DNA of 64,000 nucleotides from Selaginella moellendorffii (GCF_000143415.4 NW_003314261.1:4504691-4568690), one strand, 5' to 3'. Numbered from the stretch's first letter, positions 1 through 14,640 are shown. Made by a program: numbers and translations. The notes: generated from the letters alone by a model not told the origin.

Positions 1-3000
1 AAGCTTCGAGAGAATAAGTTCTGGGAAGATCCCTTGCGGGGGCAGTGCTTTCAGTGCTTGGTCTACTGGAAGATAGCAGACCTGACACTGCCCAAACCAA
101 CAGGGACTTTGGAATCTGAGGCAGGGATGGCCTTGGGGAAGCGGTGGATCCATGAAACTCGTGGGCGGGAGTAATCGAATAACTGGATGACTGCTAGAAA
201 AGGCTATCATGCGTTTTATGACATCTCCATCGTTTATCAAACTCCATGACACCCACAATACAACCATCAAATTACAAATAACAAGAACAATAAAAGGTTT
301 CCCCATTACTTTACCTATTTTCCAAATCATGTATTAAAGGTTGCACAATGAAGATTTTCCAGCTTACAAGTGGCACACATAAAATAGTTTGCCATATGTA
401 ACTTGTTTATAATAATTTGCTAGGCATTGTTGCACGCAATGGTTTTATGGAGTGCAATTTGTAAGTAAAAGATGCATACATTTGCCTTCCAAATAGAATA
501 TTCTTAATGCTTTTCCAAAATCTACTACGGCCATGATGCCATGCCCATCCCATGGGACAATGGGCCATCTCGGCGTTTAATAGACCCATCCCATGGAGCA
601 TAAAACCATCCACCAAAGCTGAATCTGCTAACTTCGATTTAAACTTGGACTTTGAGTGGGTTGTGTTATATAGTAGTGACTCAGCTCTTTGGAAGGCTGG
701 TTTGCATGGGATTAGAGTATTTGTAGTCATTAACAAGAGCAGAAGACCTATTGCTACTACACAGCAAGCAAAGGCTCATATCATATGAGTTCTCACATTC
801 CCACCCATAAAAAGGCTGAGGCAAAGAGTTAGTAGTTGGGACAAGGTTGGGAACTTCAGATATGATGTTGAAGTAATTACTCTTCCTTCTAATGTTGATG
901 TTCTAGTGATGCATATCAATACAATGCAAACTCATCAAGTTCATGAAATTAGACTGTAGTAACCATGTCTCTTACTTCTTGTCCTTGCTGCAATACTAAC
1001 CACAGATGAGCTAGTTTGTGATCCCCCAACTGCTTGATCCTCTATAGCTCTAGGTTGACAGACTTATTTGGGATGATCTATAAATTGGTTGCCACTATGC
1101 TGAATTTGCCTGTCAGCTGCTGTGTGGTCTTCTTCTCAGATTGAACAGACTCTTGGTCTTGCTGTTCTCAGCTCCCATTGTCAGGAATTGGAGTTCCAAC
1201 ATTTGGATCTGCTTCTCTAGCTCGCTTAAATGCGTGAGGATGCAAGTACACCCAGAGCACTCCCATCGCCAGGCCGAATTGTCATTGTAAGATGAAGAGT
1301 GGAAGAGGCCACCTTCCTTCCCTAACACCATAATCTCATGTCAAATTTCTGCTACACAACTACTTCAGGGCTCAAATGCAATCTATCACAGCATGCTCAT
1401 GAATACTCTCACATAAAAACCATATAGTTTGAATAAAATAAAACTAGGTGAATATGGTTTAACCATACATGTATTTTACATATATGAGATCCGACTGATT
1501 TTCTTAAAGCATAGTTATGAAACTAGTTATAAATATATTTAATATATGATTTTAAAAATCAATCTAGTGGATAAAATATTATTATCTCAAGAAATATTCT
1601 AAAAATATAAATTGATGTGTGTTTTAATGTAGTTAATATATGATTCTCTCAATAATTATTCTGAAAATGAAATATAATTTTTTTTAATATAGATAATATT
1701 GTGGTGTATCATATGTAAACAAACTAGAATAAAATATGGTTTTAAATATAGATAACATATAATTCTTAAGCATTACTCTAGGATTAGAATATAATATAGT
1801 GTTCAATATAGATATTGTTGTGCTGTATTATTTGTAATACAAACTGGAAGACAATATAGATTTTAGTGTATGGAAAATGGTTCTTTCAAGATTAATCTGA
1901 CATTAAAAAATAATATAGTTTTCAATCTAGATAGGGTTATGGTGTAATAAATTTAATACAGAACTAGAATATAATATCATTTTTAATGTTGATGATATTT
2001 AGTTCTTTCAATAATTTTTATAAAATTAAAAAACAATATACTTTTTGATGTAGATGAGATATAATTCTCTTAAGAACTATTAAATCATGAAATAAAATAA
2101 ATTTTTTTAATAATTGCCTTGACATAGTAGATAGCAGCTAGCACATTTTAAAATTGAACACAAAAAATAATCTTGAAATTGAACAGAAAAATAAATTTAA
2201 ACAGGGAGACAACAAAGAAGACAAAGCTAGTAATGAGGAGCTTTATATATGGTGCTCACTCCACCCATGCTGCTTTTGGTGCAATAGGCTATTTTTTTAG
2301 AAATTAAATATATTATTTAATTTATTCCCAAAAATGTAGCTCAACCATAGAAAAACCTTTGATGCTATAGTTTCAAGCTATAATAAAAATTATTTCTACT
2401 TGTTTAATCGTTTTGATGCTACTATACAATAAAAAACAATGTCTTCACTTTTTATTACAGTGATAAGAAAAGGTGGATCCAACTTAAAGTCTTAAGATAC
2501 TTTGTTATGTCATTTCATACCATAGAGAAACCTTGATTTAGTCTTCTTTCCTCAAACTTTTGTAAGGTCTATTTTAGTAGGCTAGTACAATAGTGAATAG
2601 GTGTTTGCTTTGACCCAACATTATGGTCCTAAATCTTTGAACTATTGACAACACCCTCATTGATCCTTGAGCAAAGAATTCAAGCAAAGAATGTGGAGCT
2701 AAAAGAAAGAAGTCCTCACAGCACTTCACTGCTTGACAAAGCTCTATATTTCTTTGTAGCATTGGCAATAACACCATAGTGTGTGATAGATAGCTTCTCA
2801 GCTACTTCCTTCTCTATGGGCAACCTCTTGAGTTGTTTCAAATTTCACAAATCTCATCAACTTGATTGATTAGTTTATCATCAAATCATCCAAATAAGAA
2901 AGTTCTTGATGATTAAGATTTGCTGCTGATTGCTTTGTTCTAAAGCAGAGTGGTTTTCGTATTTATTAATTTGATCTGATGACTTAAATGTCAATATTTC

Positions 3001-5499
3001 TTAGTTTGATATTTTCTTAATAAAAATATTTAAAGTTCCTAAATAAATAAAAATTTCTTATATTAAAAAGAAAATACTATGAACAGTACTATGAGAATTC
3101 TATCAAAACTCTTATCACTTTTTTCTCCTTGTGAATGGCCTTTTCTTTCTCTCTTGTCTTCCTATACTAGAAGTGATTAATTTTGTTAATAAATAACTTT
3201 CTTTAGTTTATAGTTTAGTATAAAAATTTCTTAATTTTTAATTATATTTATAAGTGATTAAAAATATTTTTAGATTATAAAATAAGATGATTTGATAAGC
3301 ATGAATGACATATCTGTGTTTGTTGAAATTCTATTTCATTGCATATGCTTTCACATATGCTATCTTTAGCTAGTCTGAAATTTAGCATTTATAAGTGAAA
3401 ATAAATAAATTTTTATTTTTTAATTACCTTAAATTAACTTCAAATGCTAAAATTGCATTAGTTTCCATGTAATATTTAGCAACGTTTAAAGAGTTTATAC
3501 TTTGACTTGAATTGATAGTAGCTCTCTTACATAACATACATATAACTTTGTTCTTTGTTGTATCACAACCATTACAAAGTATAGTAGTTGCTTCAGTAGA
3601 ATTTTTTAAAGTGACCAAGCCTATATATATATAAATAAAAAGAAAAATATTAGTTATTACATTATTAAATATTTATATACCTTCAGATGTATGATCTAAT
3701 AGAAAAAGGAAAACAAGATCTTGTAAAATTAAAAAAAGAAGAAACATCAAAACACAAATAAAACTTGAGTAATCCATATACTTTTTGTAAACAGAATAAC
3801 TTAAATATTAAACAAGTTTCCTATTCCTTATCTGTTTATTTATAATAATGATACTAACACTAACACTTGGAATATTTACATAGAACATTGCAACTATCAA
3901 AACTATAATCTAGTTAGTAATAGTAATTTTTATTTTTAGTACAATTTTAAAAATTAAAATAAGACTAATAAATGGAAAGAAATTTAGGGTTTTGACTGGT
4001 GGTGTAGACACTATTAAGAGTTGCATGTTCTTTGCAATTGCAATTGCAATTGTGAGGCCTACATCATTGTAAATCAGCTTGTGTTCTTTAATGATTTCCT
4101 TTTGGTAACAACTGATTTTAACCATGCCAAAAAGGTCTTGAGTACATGGTTTCAATTATAAGTATCATGGGACATACATTTCACCTCTTAAGTTATATAT
4201 CTCATGGTTCATAATCAAATAATTTGCTATACTTAACACTAACACTTGGTTGCCGTAATTGTTATAAATTTATAATAACTAAGAAGAAATCTCAATTCCA
4301 CATTGAGTAGTTGAGTATCATATTAAAAATATTTAAAAATATTTAACCTCCAAACTTTTGTGTACTAATAGTGATTTATTGTTGTTAAAACATCTCTAAT
4401 ATACAAGTACTCTCTGGCATGTTTTCAATATAGACATCTTTAGGTGGCTCAAAATAGAGATAAATTAAACTAGAGTCCTAATGCTTAAATGGTCATAAAA
4501 ATATATTAGCAATATGTTCCTATTAGTAGTATTTGTGAATGTTGATATAAGCCTTTGAACTAAAATATTGTGGTTGTATTGCATTTATATCTTCTTTTAA
4601 ACTATTTGGAAAAATAGTAATTTCTAGCCTTGTATAAGTTTCAAGGATCCATGTAAACATGTAAATATCATCCCATAATCACATGCTTTATAACCATTCT
4701 AACTAATTCACTTCAGTAATAAGTAACACTAATTTCAAAATGAAGCACAAATACATTATAGCACCATAATATTCCCAATTACATTGTAATTCTTGATTTT
4801 GTGTGTGTCATTAGCATTAAATAAGTACTCCATACTCAGCAATAAATTTCAATGTAAGACTGTGTGTACTCTTTGGAATCCTGCTAGAAGCACAATATCT
4901 TACAGTTTAGTAGTTGTTGTTCATCACTCTTAGATGAGGCAAATAAAGATTAAAAAGAAATTAGATGAGGCAAATAAAGATTAAAAAGAAAAAAAAACTT
5001 TCACTTAGAACTTTAAAACATTTTAGTGTTCATTTCTCCATTTAAAGAAATAGTTCCCCTCTAGGATAAAAACCTATCATTAAGCAAATAATAGTTGCAG
5101 TCTGCAAGGAAAAAGTCAATTTAGGAAGCAAGACAGTCTAAAAGAGGAACATTTACCTTGTCAACTATGATGACAATGTTTTGCAACCTTTGATTGTAAA
5201 CACCCTTGCCCTATAGATAATAGATGTGAGTTACAAACTTCTAAAGGTTTGCATCAGGAAGCCCTCAAACAACTTCATCAACATTGGCAATGGTGATTTG
5301 AACCTTAGAAAGTAAATTACTGTTAAAATTGCACAATAAAAACTATGTTGGTGAAACATTAACCACTTTAGCACCTTCTTGTTCCATTCTCTCTAAGCAT
5401 CTCTAACAAATGGGTTAAATGCACTCACTCCTATCAAGTTGCATCCCTATAAATTATTGCAAAATAGTTTTGGACAGATGAATCAAGTTTCTAAGAACT

Positions 5500-6270
5500 C
5501 ACTCTAATCATGGTTTTTCTTCAACATTGTCTGTCAAAAACACTTCACAAGTGCGACAGAGGAGACAACAAAGAAGGCCTTGATGAAGACCTTGATGAAG
5601 ACAATGTAATTGTTGGAAAGCATTATCACAATTGTTAATATGTCCAAATGTATATTTAAAGATGTCTGGGAAAATGCTCCAATCTTCATGAGTGGCTACC
5701 ATCAAACCATTGTACCATTGTAGTGCCATCCCTTGACAACATATAGGAAATTCACACAAACACCAAACATCATCTCAAGAATGATATGTGGCAATTACCA
5801 TAAAGTGATCAAACTAATAATACACATCATCCCCAAAACTCTTATGGAAGAATTGCGCCTAAAGATTGGCATCAAGAGCCATATGCCACGAATGCCACTA
5901 TTAATTGCGTTTGATTGTTCAATTGTAACTATATAGAATTGAGCAATTATACTAATTATTACTCCAAATTTAAAGGAGGGAGGTTGTTACTCTGCCATGA
6001 AGATGAATAAAAAGGAAAAAGCAAAAGAGAAAAAATTGAAAAAACTATAAGGAAAAGGAGATTTAGATGATGCAAAAGCTAGATCTAAATTAAAATTCTA
6101 AATCCAAACACTCCTTAGGATAATTAAAGTTGTTTATCACCTCCACCAATGTGAGTGCATAAAATATGGAAATTTTATAAAAAATATGCATATCAATTAG
6201 CCTAAAAACCCTAGTTTGTATATAGAAGTGAGTAGTTTGGATTAAAATCAATCCAAAATCTCACTATACT
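5500..6270 (-). mobile_element. Degenerate LTR-retrotransposon (Ty3/gypsy-like) gag relic, copy 1
   Basis: Minus-strand GMALQWYNGL...W..F..IFKYTF...AFQQLHCLHQG resembles the retrotransposon gag pattern; a clearly related copy lies at about 36900-37570. Confidence 0.5.
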
Positions 6271-6549
6271 AATATTAGTATATGACATTGTTGTTGTACA
6301 CTTGGACCTCATAGAGATAAATATCACAAGATATACCTAAATATTCTAGGACTAAAGCAAGCAACAATGTTCAGCCTTAATTTACATAGATATTCAATTT
6401 ATAATTTGGCAACAACATTTTTTTGCTTTGAAACTCAATCAGTTATATTATAAAAAAAATCCAACATCCTAAAGCAAAATCACCATGAAAACTAATATAT
6501 ACTAAGGATATATTGCCATATAAGAATACTATCTTAATGAGATTTATTT

Positions 6550-7200
6550 GGGATGTTATATCTCTAAAGAATAGAAAGTCCTTTAAAGGTTTGAAATGCA
6601 ACTTATGCTACTAGCTTATTAGGATCAATGTATATAAGCACTCTTCCTTCAACCACATCTTGGTAATTGTATTGTCCAAAAATAGCATATTCCTTATTAG
6701 TTTCAATCTTTCAAGAAATTATCTTGATTGTTCAAGGTTGTTAATGATGTATAAGTAATGTTTTCTTATAAGTTGTAAGCTATATCTAAAATTATCGACT
6801 CAAACTTTTCTGAAGTTTGGTGGAGCTTACTAATATGATGACAAGTGTAATATCACTGAACAAAATCTCATTTGTTGAACTAGAGTGAATTGAAATAATA
6901 CATAATTTATCATCTATAACCCTTTTCCAAGTAGTCATCCCAACATTTCATTCCAAGTTATTAAAATTTCTCAGTCATTGCTTCAAAGGCAAATTATGTG
7001 TTAACAAGTTACCTAGATTAGGCATACCCAACAATGATTATAAAAAAGCACAATGCTTGGATATTATTTTAAAAATCTTTTGGATCATTGCAGCATATAC
7101 AACTATGATCCATACTCTACAATACTAAGTTCCATTTGGGCATGCAATCAAATAAATTACATTCATAAACAAATCTACTAAATAGCTATTTTGTGCAAAA
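6550..7200 (-). pseudogene. Heavily AT-eroded PLS-class PPR gene relic
   Basis: Minus strand reads NLFDCMPKWNLVL*SM/IIVVYA (about 7085-7160) and KHYLYIINNLEQSR*FLERLKLIRNMLFLD (6674-6763), matching PPR consensus LFDRMP..NVVSWNAMI.AYA and EHY.CMVD.LGRSGQLEEAEELI..MPF. Confidence 0.6.
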
Positions 7201-7439
7201 CTATAGACCATAATGTTATAAGCTATTGGAGCATTACATTTACCTTGGTAATATAAAGGTAACAAAACCCACCATAACACCTTGTTTCTTCATCATAGTC
7301 AATCAAAGAGTGCTATTACTTGATCTAATTGCCTTAATTGAGCACACCATATCCTACTTCAACATTCATGCTTTATAGTAAATATAGTTATAAGTAATTA
7401 ATTACAAAAAATATTAAAGAAGTCTTATGAATGTTAAAA

Positions 7440-8230
7440 GTGTGGGATATAATATACATGGTTTTCACCCTTTACCTTATAGTGATTTACAAAATCGGAG
7501 CAAAATCTTAAACTTTGGACACATGGGCTAAAAGTAGTAGAGTGGAACCTAAGTTTCAAGTGGCCACTAAATGAAAGTACAAAGCCAAATTCCCAAATAT
7601 ATAACTAAGGAATGTAAGAAAAAGCTAAACTCCCAAACATATAACTAAGGAATGTAAGAAACTGGAGCATAAAACAATTTCTGAGTGTATATCCTAAGGA
7701 GCAAAGGGACAACAGTATAAAGTGACTTATGAGCATATAGCTCAAGGAGTGAAAGGACAATAGCACAAAGCGACATTGGAGTAATCCTAAAGCTTTCAAC
7801 ATTCTAATGCAAGGACTAATATGCAAAATAGAGCCAAATAGAGTTTGGTACTATTTTAACATATTAGTGAGGATATAAATACTCCACAAGCTAGCATGGT
7901 AGGGTATAGAGTTTGAGCCTAGACCCAAGTTGGACATAGAACAAAAATAAACACGCAAATAAGGAGCTAAATTATGCCTAAGGTTGGTAAACTATACTCA
8001 ACCTACCTACTATCCCTATCCTTATTATACATTTGGAACCCTTCATAATTTTTATCTTATGTTTATTTGGCATAAGTACATATATGATGACTAGTTTCTT
8101 AACTAGCTTGAGCAAAAAATAATAAAAGGAACCAATGGTACCGGCCTTCTACCATTATGACAATAAGGAAAGAGTATTCGAAAGAACTCGCTGACAAATA
8201 ACTTTTGATACCCACAATCACATTTGTGAT
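7440..8230 (+). repeat. Degenerate direct repeat copy A (LTR-like)
   Basis: Shares cctttaccttat.gtgatt, gtagtagagtggaa, attatgcct, tatccctA, ttatgtttattt..taagtaca and ggaaccaa in colinear order with 11310-12290. Confidence 0.6.
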
Positions 8231-11200
8231 AAAAGATTTAAAAAAGTTCTAAACTTTCATATGTCATATATGGCTTTTAAGGGCAATTGAGGTAACCCTA
8301 TCCTTAATTTTAGAAATAAGAGAGTAGTTGTACATGTGATTTTTTTTATTAGATTTAGCAGAAAATGAATTAGTGTGATAGCTAAAAGGTAACTTTAAGA
8401 GGACAAGTGTGACAACCAGATGGTAAGCTTTAAAGCATCAAGTAATTAGCTTAAATATGGGCTACCTTAAAGGTCTATTTACAAGCTATTAATCAAGTAA
8501 AAGCTAGACAATTTATATATGTATTTTATGGTGAATTTCTAGGAAAATTTGGTATCTTTAACATTATTTTCAATCTAGAATTTTCATATTATTTTAGAGG
8601 GGATTCTTTAGTGATTTAAAATCTTCAAAACATTCAAGCTAATATTTTCCATATAGGAAACTAAAAACATAGACCTAAAACCTCTCCAAGTAGCTCTTAT
8701 GTAATAATCATTCTTTTAACAAGGTATTTACACCCTTATAGGACTTTAAATCCATAAGATTTATCTACTATGAGTTTTTCAAGTTTAAATTTATGGTTTT
8801 TAAGAGTTTATTCTTTCTTTTACACTATAATTAGTTTTGGTTTTTACCTCTATAGCTACTTCTTAGCAATAGGGAATCTTGTCAAAAGTTGCTTTGACAC
8901 CTCAAACTTTTGAGCTTTCAAATTTAGGGTGGTGAAAGCAATTTTAATGATTTCAAAAGGAAGATTGAAGTTATTAAAAGGAAAATATAGACACTAGAGG
9001 AGATTATCACTTTTAATTACATGAAGCACTTGGACAATATAAAGTATAAAGAGAGTGGATCTATAAAAAATGTCTAAAGAGGAAAGAAAATAAGTGGATG
9101 GGAATTCAATAATATTACTATAAATAAGTGTTATCACAAATATCTTTAATGCAAGAAGAAATGGAAGGTTATAAGAAGGAAGTGAGAGTTTGATATTCTA
9201 AATGGACAATCAAGCTATTAAGAATATATCATATGATGAACACATCACTCATGACTTCTCAACAATGACATAGATTACCACATTCTATAGAGTAAGATTG
9301 TAGATTTAGAATGTACCATTTGTATTTGTTAAATGATTTATAAATATCTATTATGCATGAAATTTTTTCTCAAAGTCAAGAATTGAGGTTAGTTTTGAAG
9401 AGAGTAGAAGATAACACTTTAGAAACTAGCTTGAAGAGGTGAAGAGTGTTAAAAAATGCTAAAGAGATAATAAAAATGATGGAGAAAATCCAAAAAGCCA
9501 AAAAAAAAAAAAAACCTATAAAGAAAGCTTTGACAAGTGATTTACAGTAAAAGAATAGATGGTGATTACTTTGAGTTATGAATCATAGTGGAAAACAAAT
9601 GCTTGAGTAATAGTGTAAGATATAAGAGAGCAATATAAATATTAAATTGATTTGGTTGAGATGTAAATTAAGAATATAATATATTTAGTTTCTTTATTTA
9701 TGCAAAATCAAATCATCTTTCAACAAATCCCAGGAAAAATTGAATATAATCATTAAAACTTTAAAGTAATTTTTTTAACAACTTGGTTTTATAAGTGTAG
9801 AATAAACACTACTAATGCAAACTCCATTCCTTGATCTCCAATAAATTTATTCTGCCATGATTTTAATTTTCCTAGCTAAAAATCCACTAAAAGTATTATT
9901 GTATTACCAAAAAGTTTGAGAGAAAAAGCAACATTAAAACTACTCAAAGCCATGGAAAATAGTAGCCTTTTCTATTATTGGATAGTGTATTCAAAAATAA
10001 GTTTATATATCATCAATATTTATGATTGTCAAAGAATGTTGGAGATCACTATAAATTTGTTGTTTCCTAACTTGCCATCTACACTTAGATCAAGTTATTA
10101 GAGCCTTAATCTGGGTAACAATATAAAAGAATCACTTATTGAATTGAAAAATATATTTAAATCATTTTTCAATATGTAATGTGATTCCCTTTAGCTAACT
10201 AATAGAGTTAGACTTGAGACTTCTGTCATACCAAATGTAAGCTCATGAGTTTGGATATCCTAGAAAGTCACCCAACCCAATACTGTTCAAACCCAAGTAC
10301 ATGTAACCCTAAATATCCCAATGTCGTTAATTGATTGGAAAAGGGGTACACTTTTATTCATATGCTTTTTCCTTTTATATTTGAACCTTTATGAATCATC
10401 TCGAGTCATTCTCTTTGGTTATTTATAATTATCTAAAATAAATTGTTTTCTAGTTTGCTTTAGAGGGAGATATAAGAAATATACCTAAAATATATGGTAC
10501 TTACTTATAATTTTCTTCTTTTAATTCATTTTTAATCAAGGTTTTATATTAATATTATAATTATTATGTGTAAATTTCAAGGAGGATTGTCACATGAATT
10601 TGATTTATCAAGAGTTTATCCTTGCATGAACTTAGAAACACATGTTCTAGGTTTATGAGTAACTTTAAAGTTTTATATTTCTTAAATGTGATGGCTAAGG
10701 TGGAGTTTAATTGCATGCCCTACTTAAATTGTATCACCAATAATTGTATTTAAATTTTAGCTTGAATTTTATCACCAACAATTGTATTTAAACTTAAATT
10801 TAAATTTTAGCTTTATTTTCTAGTTCCTTGTCTGATGGTCCTTAGAGAGCACTCTTCACACACACAACTTTTATGCAAAGAATCAAAGAAATATTAATAG
10901 AAACTTTATAATAGTTTTGGCCACTATAACATAATTTAGTGCTTTTGCCACAAATGCATCTGCATCTATAAGCACTATATAAAACTTTATTCCTTTATAT
11001 AATGGATGTAATTTTTTGAAACTCCATCATCACAATATATATTGTGAGAGATTGCCTTGCAAAAATTATTATATTCCATAAGTTATATTGTTGTCTTTGA
11101 GTTAGTTAAAAGTTTTACTTTTTCCAAGAGTGTTCCAACACCTTCTATGCAAGCCAACATGAACCAATTTGAGAATTAATTGAAAATATTTTAAATACTA

Positions 11201-11309
11201 CTTTTATAGAGGATATCCTTTTATATTTTAAGTTTACTATTAAATTAAAATAAAGTTTAGAGTAATCAGATTAAATCTTTCCATACTCTTTGTTAAAATT
11301 CCAACTCAA

Positions 11310-12290
11310 ATTGTAACACATATGATTTTTATCCTTTACCTTATGGTGATTAATATAAGATAACCATGGAGTGGAACCTACCTTTGGAAACATTGGCCAA
11401 AGGTAGTAGAGTGGAATTTAATCTTTAAAGCTTTGGGCCACTGAATAAAGGGATAGAGCTAAATTCTTAAGCTACAACTAAGGAGTGAAGAAATTGAAGC
11501 ACAAGATAACTCTAAGACAATGAAAAATTGGAGCACAAGACAAACTGGCCAAATGGAGTATAGTGTTATTTTGGCATACCAGTGGTTTAGAGTGATGATA
11601 TGGATACTTCACCAATTAATGTGGTATAGAGCTTGAGTTTAAACCCAAGCTGAATGCAAAACAAAGATACATATGCAAGTAGGAAGTTACATTATGCCTT
11701 AAATTAGTTAGCTATGCCTAACTTACCCATTATCCCTACTATTTATTTGGAATCCCCCCTAAAAGAATGCATGCTTTGGGCTTTCACCCTAGTCCCAAGA
11801 GTTTAGACAATCAGGAAAACTTACTAAATATAAAATGGTGTTAGATTGTGAATCTAGATGTAGAAATAATACTATTATATTCAAGACAATCTTTACAATT
11901 TGTAAATATTCTCAACTAGCGAATTTAGACGTTTTCTATAAATAACTAATAGGGTCGAATAAAACCAACACATGGGACATGATAGCAAGAATGTCTTAGT
12001 GGACACGATAATCATCTTATGAGTATTGAGGGACCAAACTTAATATTGTGGGAGTTTTTGAGCAAAAGAGAACTTAAAGTTAAGCCGAATATACTCTACA
12101 AGAAATATATAAGAATTCCTACTTTATGTTTATTTAACTAAGTACAAATGCTAAACCCAATTTACTAACACTTGAACAATTGAAAAGGGAACCAACAATA
12201 TTGATCTCCTACTATCTTAGCAATAAAGAAAAAATTATTTGAAAGGACTCATTAATAGGTAACTTTCAATACCTATAGTTACATTCAAGA
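11310..12290 (+). repeat. Degenerate direct repeat copy B (LTR-like, with internal insertion)
   Basis: Colinear similarity to 7440-8230. Confidence 0.6.
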
Positions 12291-14039
12291 TACAGGCATC
12301 GGCTTCTAAGCTCCTCATCTCATGCACTATACCAAACTCAAACTTGAGCTCTATCTCAGACTTTGGTTCAAGTTCAATATGGATATATAGGATGAAGGCC
12401 CAAAGCACTTATCTTCTTAGGCATTGCTAGTTATGAGTTCTAAAAGGATAATAGGGGATGGAGTGTTGGGTATTTGAGGTTAGATCTTGGGTGCTTAGCT
12501 CCACACCATTGGCATTATATAGGCTTTATCTTGGAATTAGGTACAAGCTTGGATATGGACACATGGGGTGAAAGCCCAAAGCACTTGTTTGCTTGAGGTG
12601 TGGTTGGCCACAAGCTCCACATGAGCATGAGCTTTAACTATATGAGGATAATTTTGTAACTCCTTTATTGTTTTGGAGTCATTATCTTTCCTGTGATCTC
12701 AACTATAGTTGTTTACCATAGTTACATTAGTCAATTTACTAAGTCAAATGCTCATTTGGATCACATCCTCAACTTTCTAAGGAAAACTTTATACTGTTCC
12801 CAAGATCCTAAAGTCGTTTCATTATTAGCCCTTTTTTATTCACTACATTGTCAACATGTTCATTTATGAATTAAGGTGGAGAGTCATGCCCTTTCGACAT
12901 GCTACTTGTTGAGGGCAGGCCCACTTCTGAGACCTTTCAATGCCAAGACAAGTGTTGACATATTTGACCACCAATAAGAGTCAGACTAGGGAACAACTCT
13001 GATACTAAATTATAAGTGACTAATTTTTCCATTCTACTTTAGTCACTTAACCACAACTTTGACCACATGGAGGAGTCTCACTCCCAACCTTCATAAGTAC
13101 TATTCCGGACTAGGGGACTTGTTAGCCCTAAAAATAGCATCTATGCCACTCAACATTTGCATTTGGTCCAAGTGCTCCATATGTCCAATCCCATGATTAA
13201 CACCCAAAGGTACTATCGACATATCAACTTGTTATGCTAAAGCCAAACCTGTTTACCTTTGTCATATTAGTGGTCCAACATCACTTGTATCACAGTCCTG
13301 TCTCTCAAAGACTGGGCCATCCGTCCATGAGTGATCATCCTAGATTCACTCTTTAGCATCCTTAGGATGCCCGTAGATATGGGGAATAACCTTCCCCAAT
13401 ATCCCTTTCTCAGTCCCTACCAAATCCCTTTCTATCCATGGCTATATTCGCCAATATTGCCACTGGGTCAAGGCTCATAAGCCTAACCACTATCCCAAGG
13501 ACCTCTAGGACTTCCTTGTTGTATGACCACATCCTTGGTCACTACAGAAGTGGATTGTTCCTCTTCCTTTCTTTAGTCTAGGACTCTAGGATAACATTTT
13601 AAAACACCAAGACCTTACGCAAGCCTCGTGGGTACTCTTCCCACCATCTGCCTTTGGGTGCTTTAGCCAAGTGGCTAAAGCGAGGTTCCGATGAGCCACG
13701 CTAGGTATCCAAGTAGTTAGTGCCACCCACACTTGAACTGAGAGAATTGACCATTTGATCTCCCGTAAGAGCTAGAGTTGGTTTTTGAACAATTTACCAA
13801 GCTACCCTATTTGTCTGTCCGTATTCACTATAGCCTTGGACTTCCCAGTGGTTATATCATCACCCAACACATGGGTATAGCTTTCCTGGGCTAAATTGGC
13901 ATTTTCTAGCCAAATTAGTTACACTACAGTTCACCCCCCACACTCTCCCTACTATACTTTTAGAACCCCTTGCAGCCCACCCCCACCCCCCCCAATGGGG
14001 GACGATCACTTTAGGCTTTCACCCAACAGCCTATATTAA

Positions 14040-14640
14040 TATTTGGACTTAGACTTAGACTTGGACTCGAACTCGAACTTGGTCTTGCTTTCAGACTCAA
14101 ACTCAGTCTCGGTCTCGGTTCCATCTTAGACTCTATCTCAGGTCCATCTCAAACCCCATCTTGGACTCTATCTCAAGTCCATTTTGGACTCCATGTCGGC
14201 TCCATCTTGGACTCCATCTTGGACTCCATCTCGGACTTTATTTTGGACTCTATCACAGTCCATTTCAGGCTCCATCTCAAAACAATTTCAGACTCCATCT
14301 TAAATCCATCTCGAACTCCATTTTGGACTCCATCTTGGGTCCATCTTGGATTCCATCTTAGACTCCATCTCGGGTCCATCTCAGGCTTTATCTTGGGTTC
14401 ATCTCAGGCTCCATCTTGGGTTCATCTTAGGCTCCATCTCATACTTCATCTCAAGTCCATCTTAGATTCCATTTTAGACTCATTTTGGACTCCATCTCAA
14501 GTCCATCTCATACTCCATCTCAAACCTCATTTTGGGTCCATCTTGGATTTTATCTCGGGTCCATCTTGGACTCCGTCTCAGGTCCATTTTGGACTCTGTC
14601 TCGGGTCCATCTCGGACTCCATCTTAGATCCATCTCGACA
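14040..14640 (+). repeat. Degenerate 12-bp minisatellite (GGACTCCATCTT)n, preceded by 6-bp RGACTY repeats
   Basis: Directly visible tandem units, e.g. ctccatcttgga ctccatcttgga ctccatctcgga. Confidence 0.9.

Larger units (their letters stand above)
1350..12300. mobile_element. AT-rich block of highly degenerate transposon and gene relics
   Basis: Visibly very AT-rich, CpG rare, no credible long ORF; contains the internal repeats and relics listed below. Confidence 0.7.

Noticed and set aside
1-1350. Moderately GC segment with short ORFs
   Set aside because: No recognisable domain in the frames I read; probably TE-derived but not assignable
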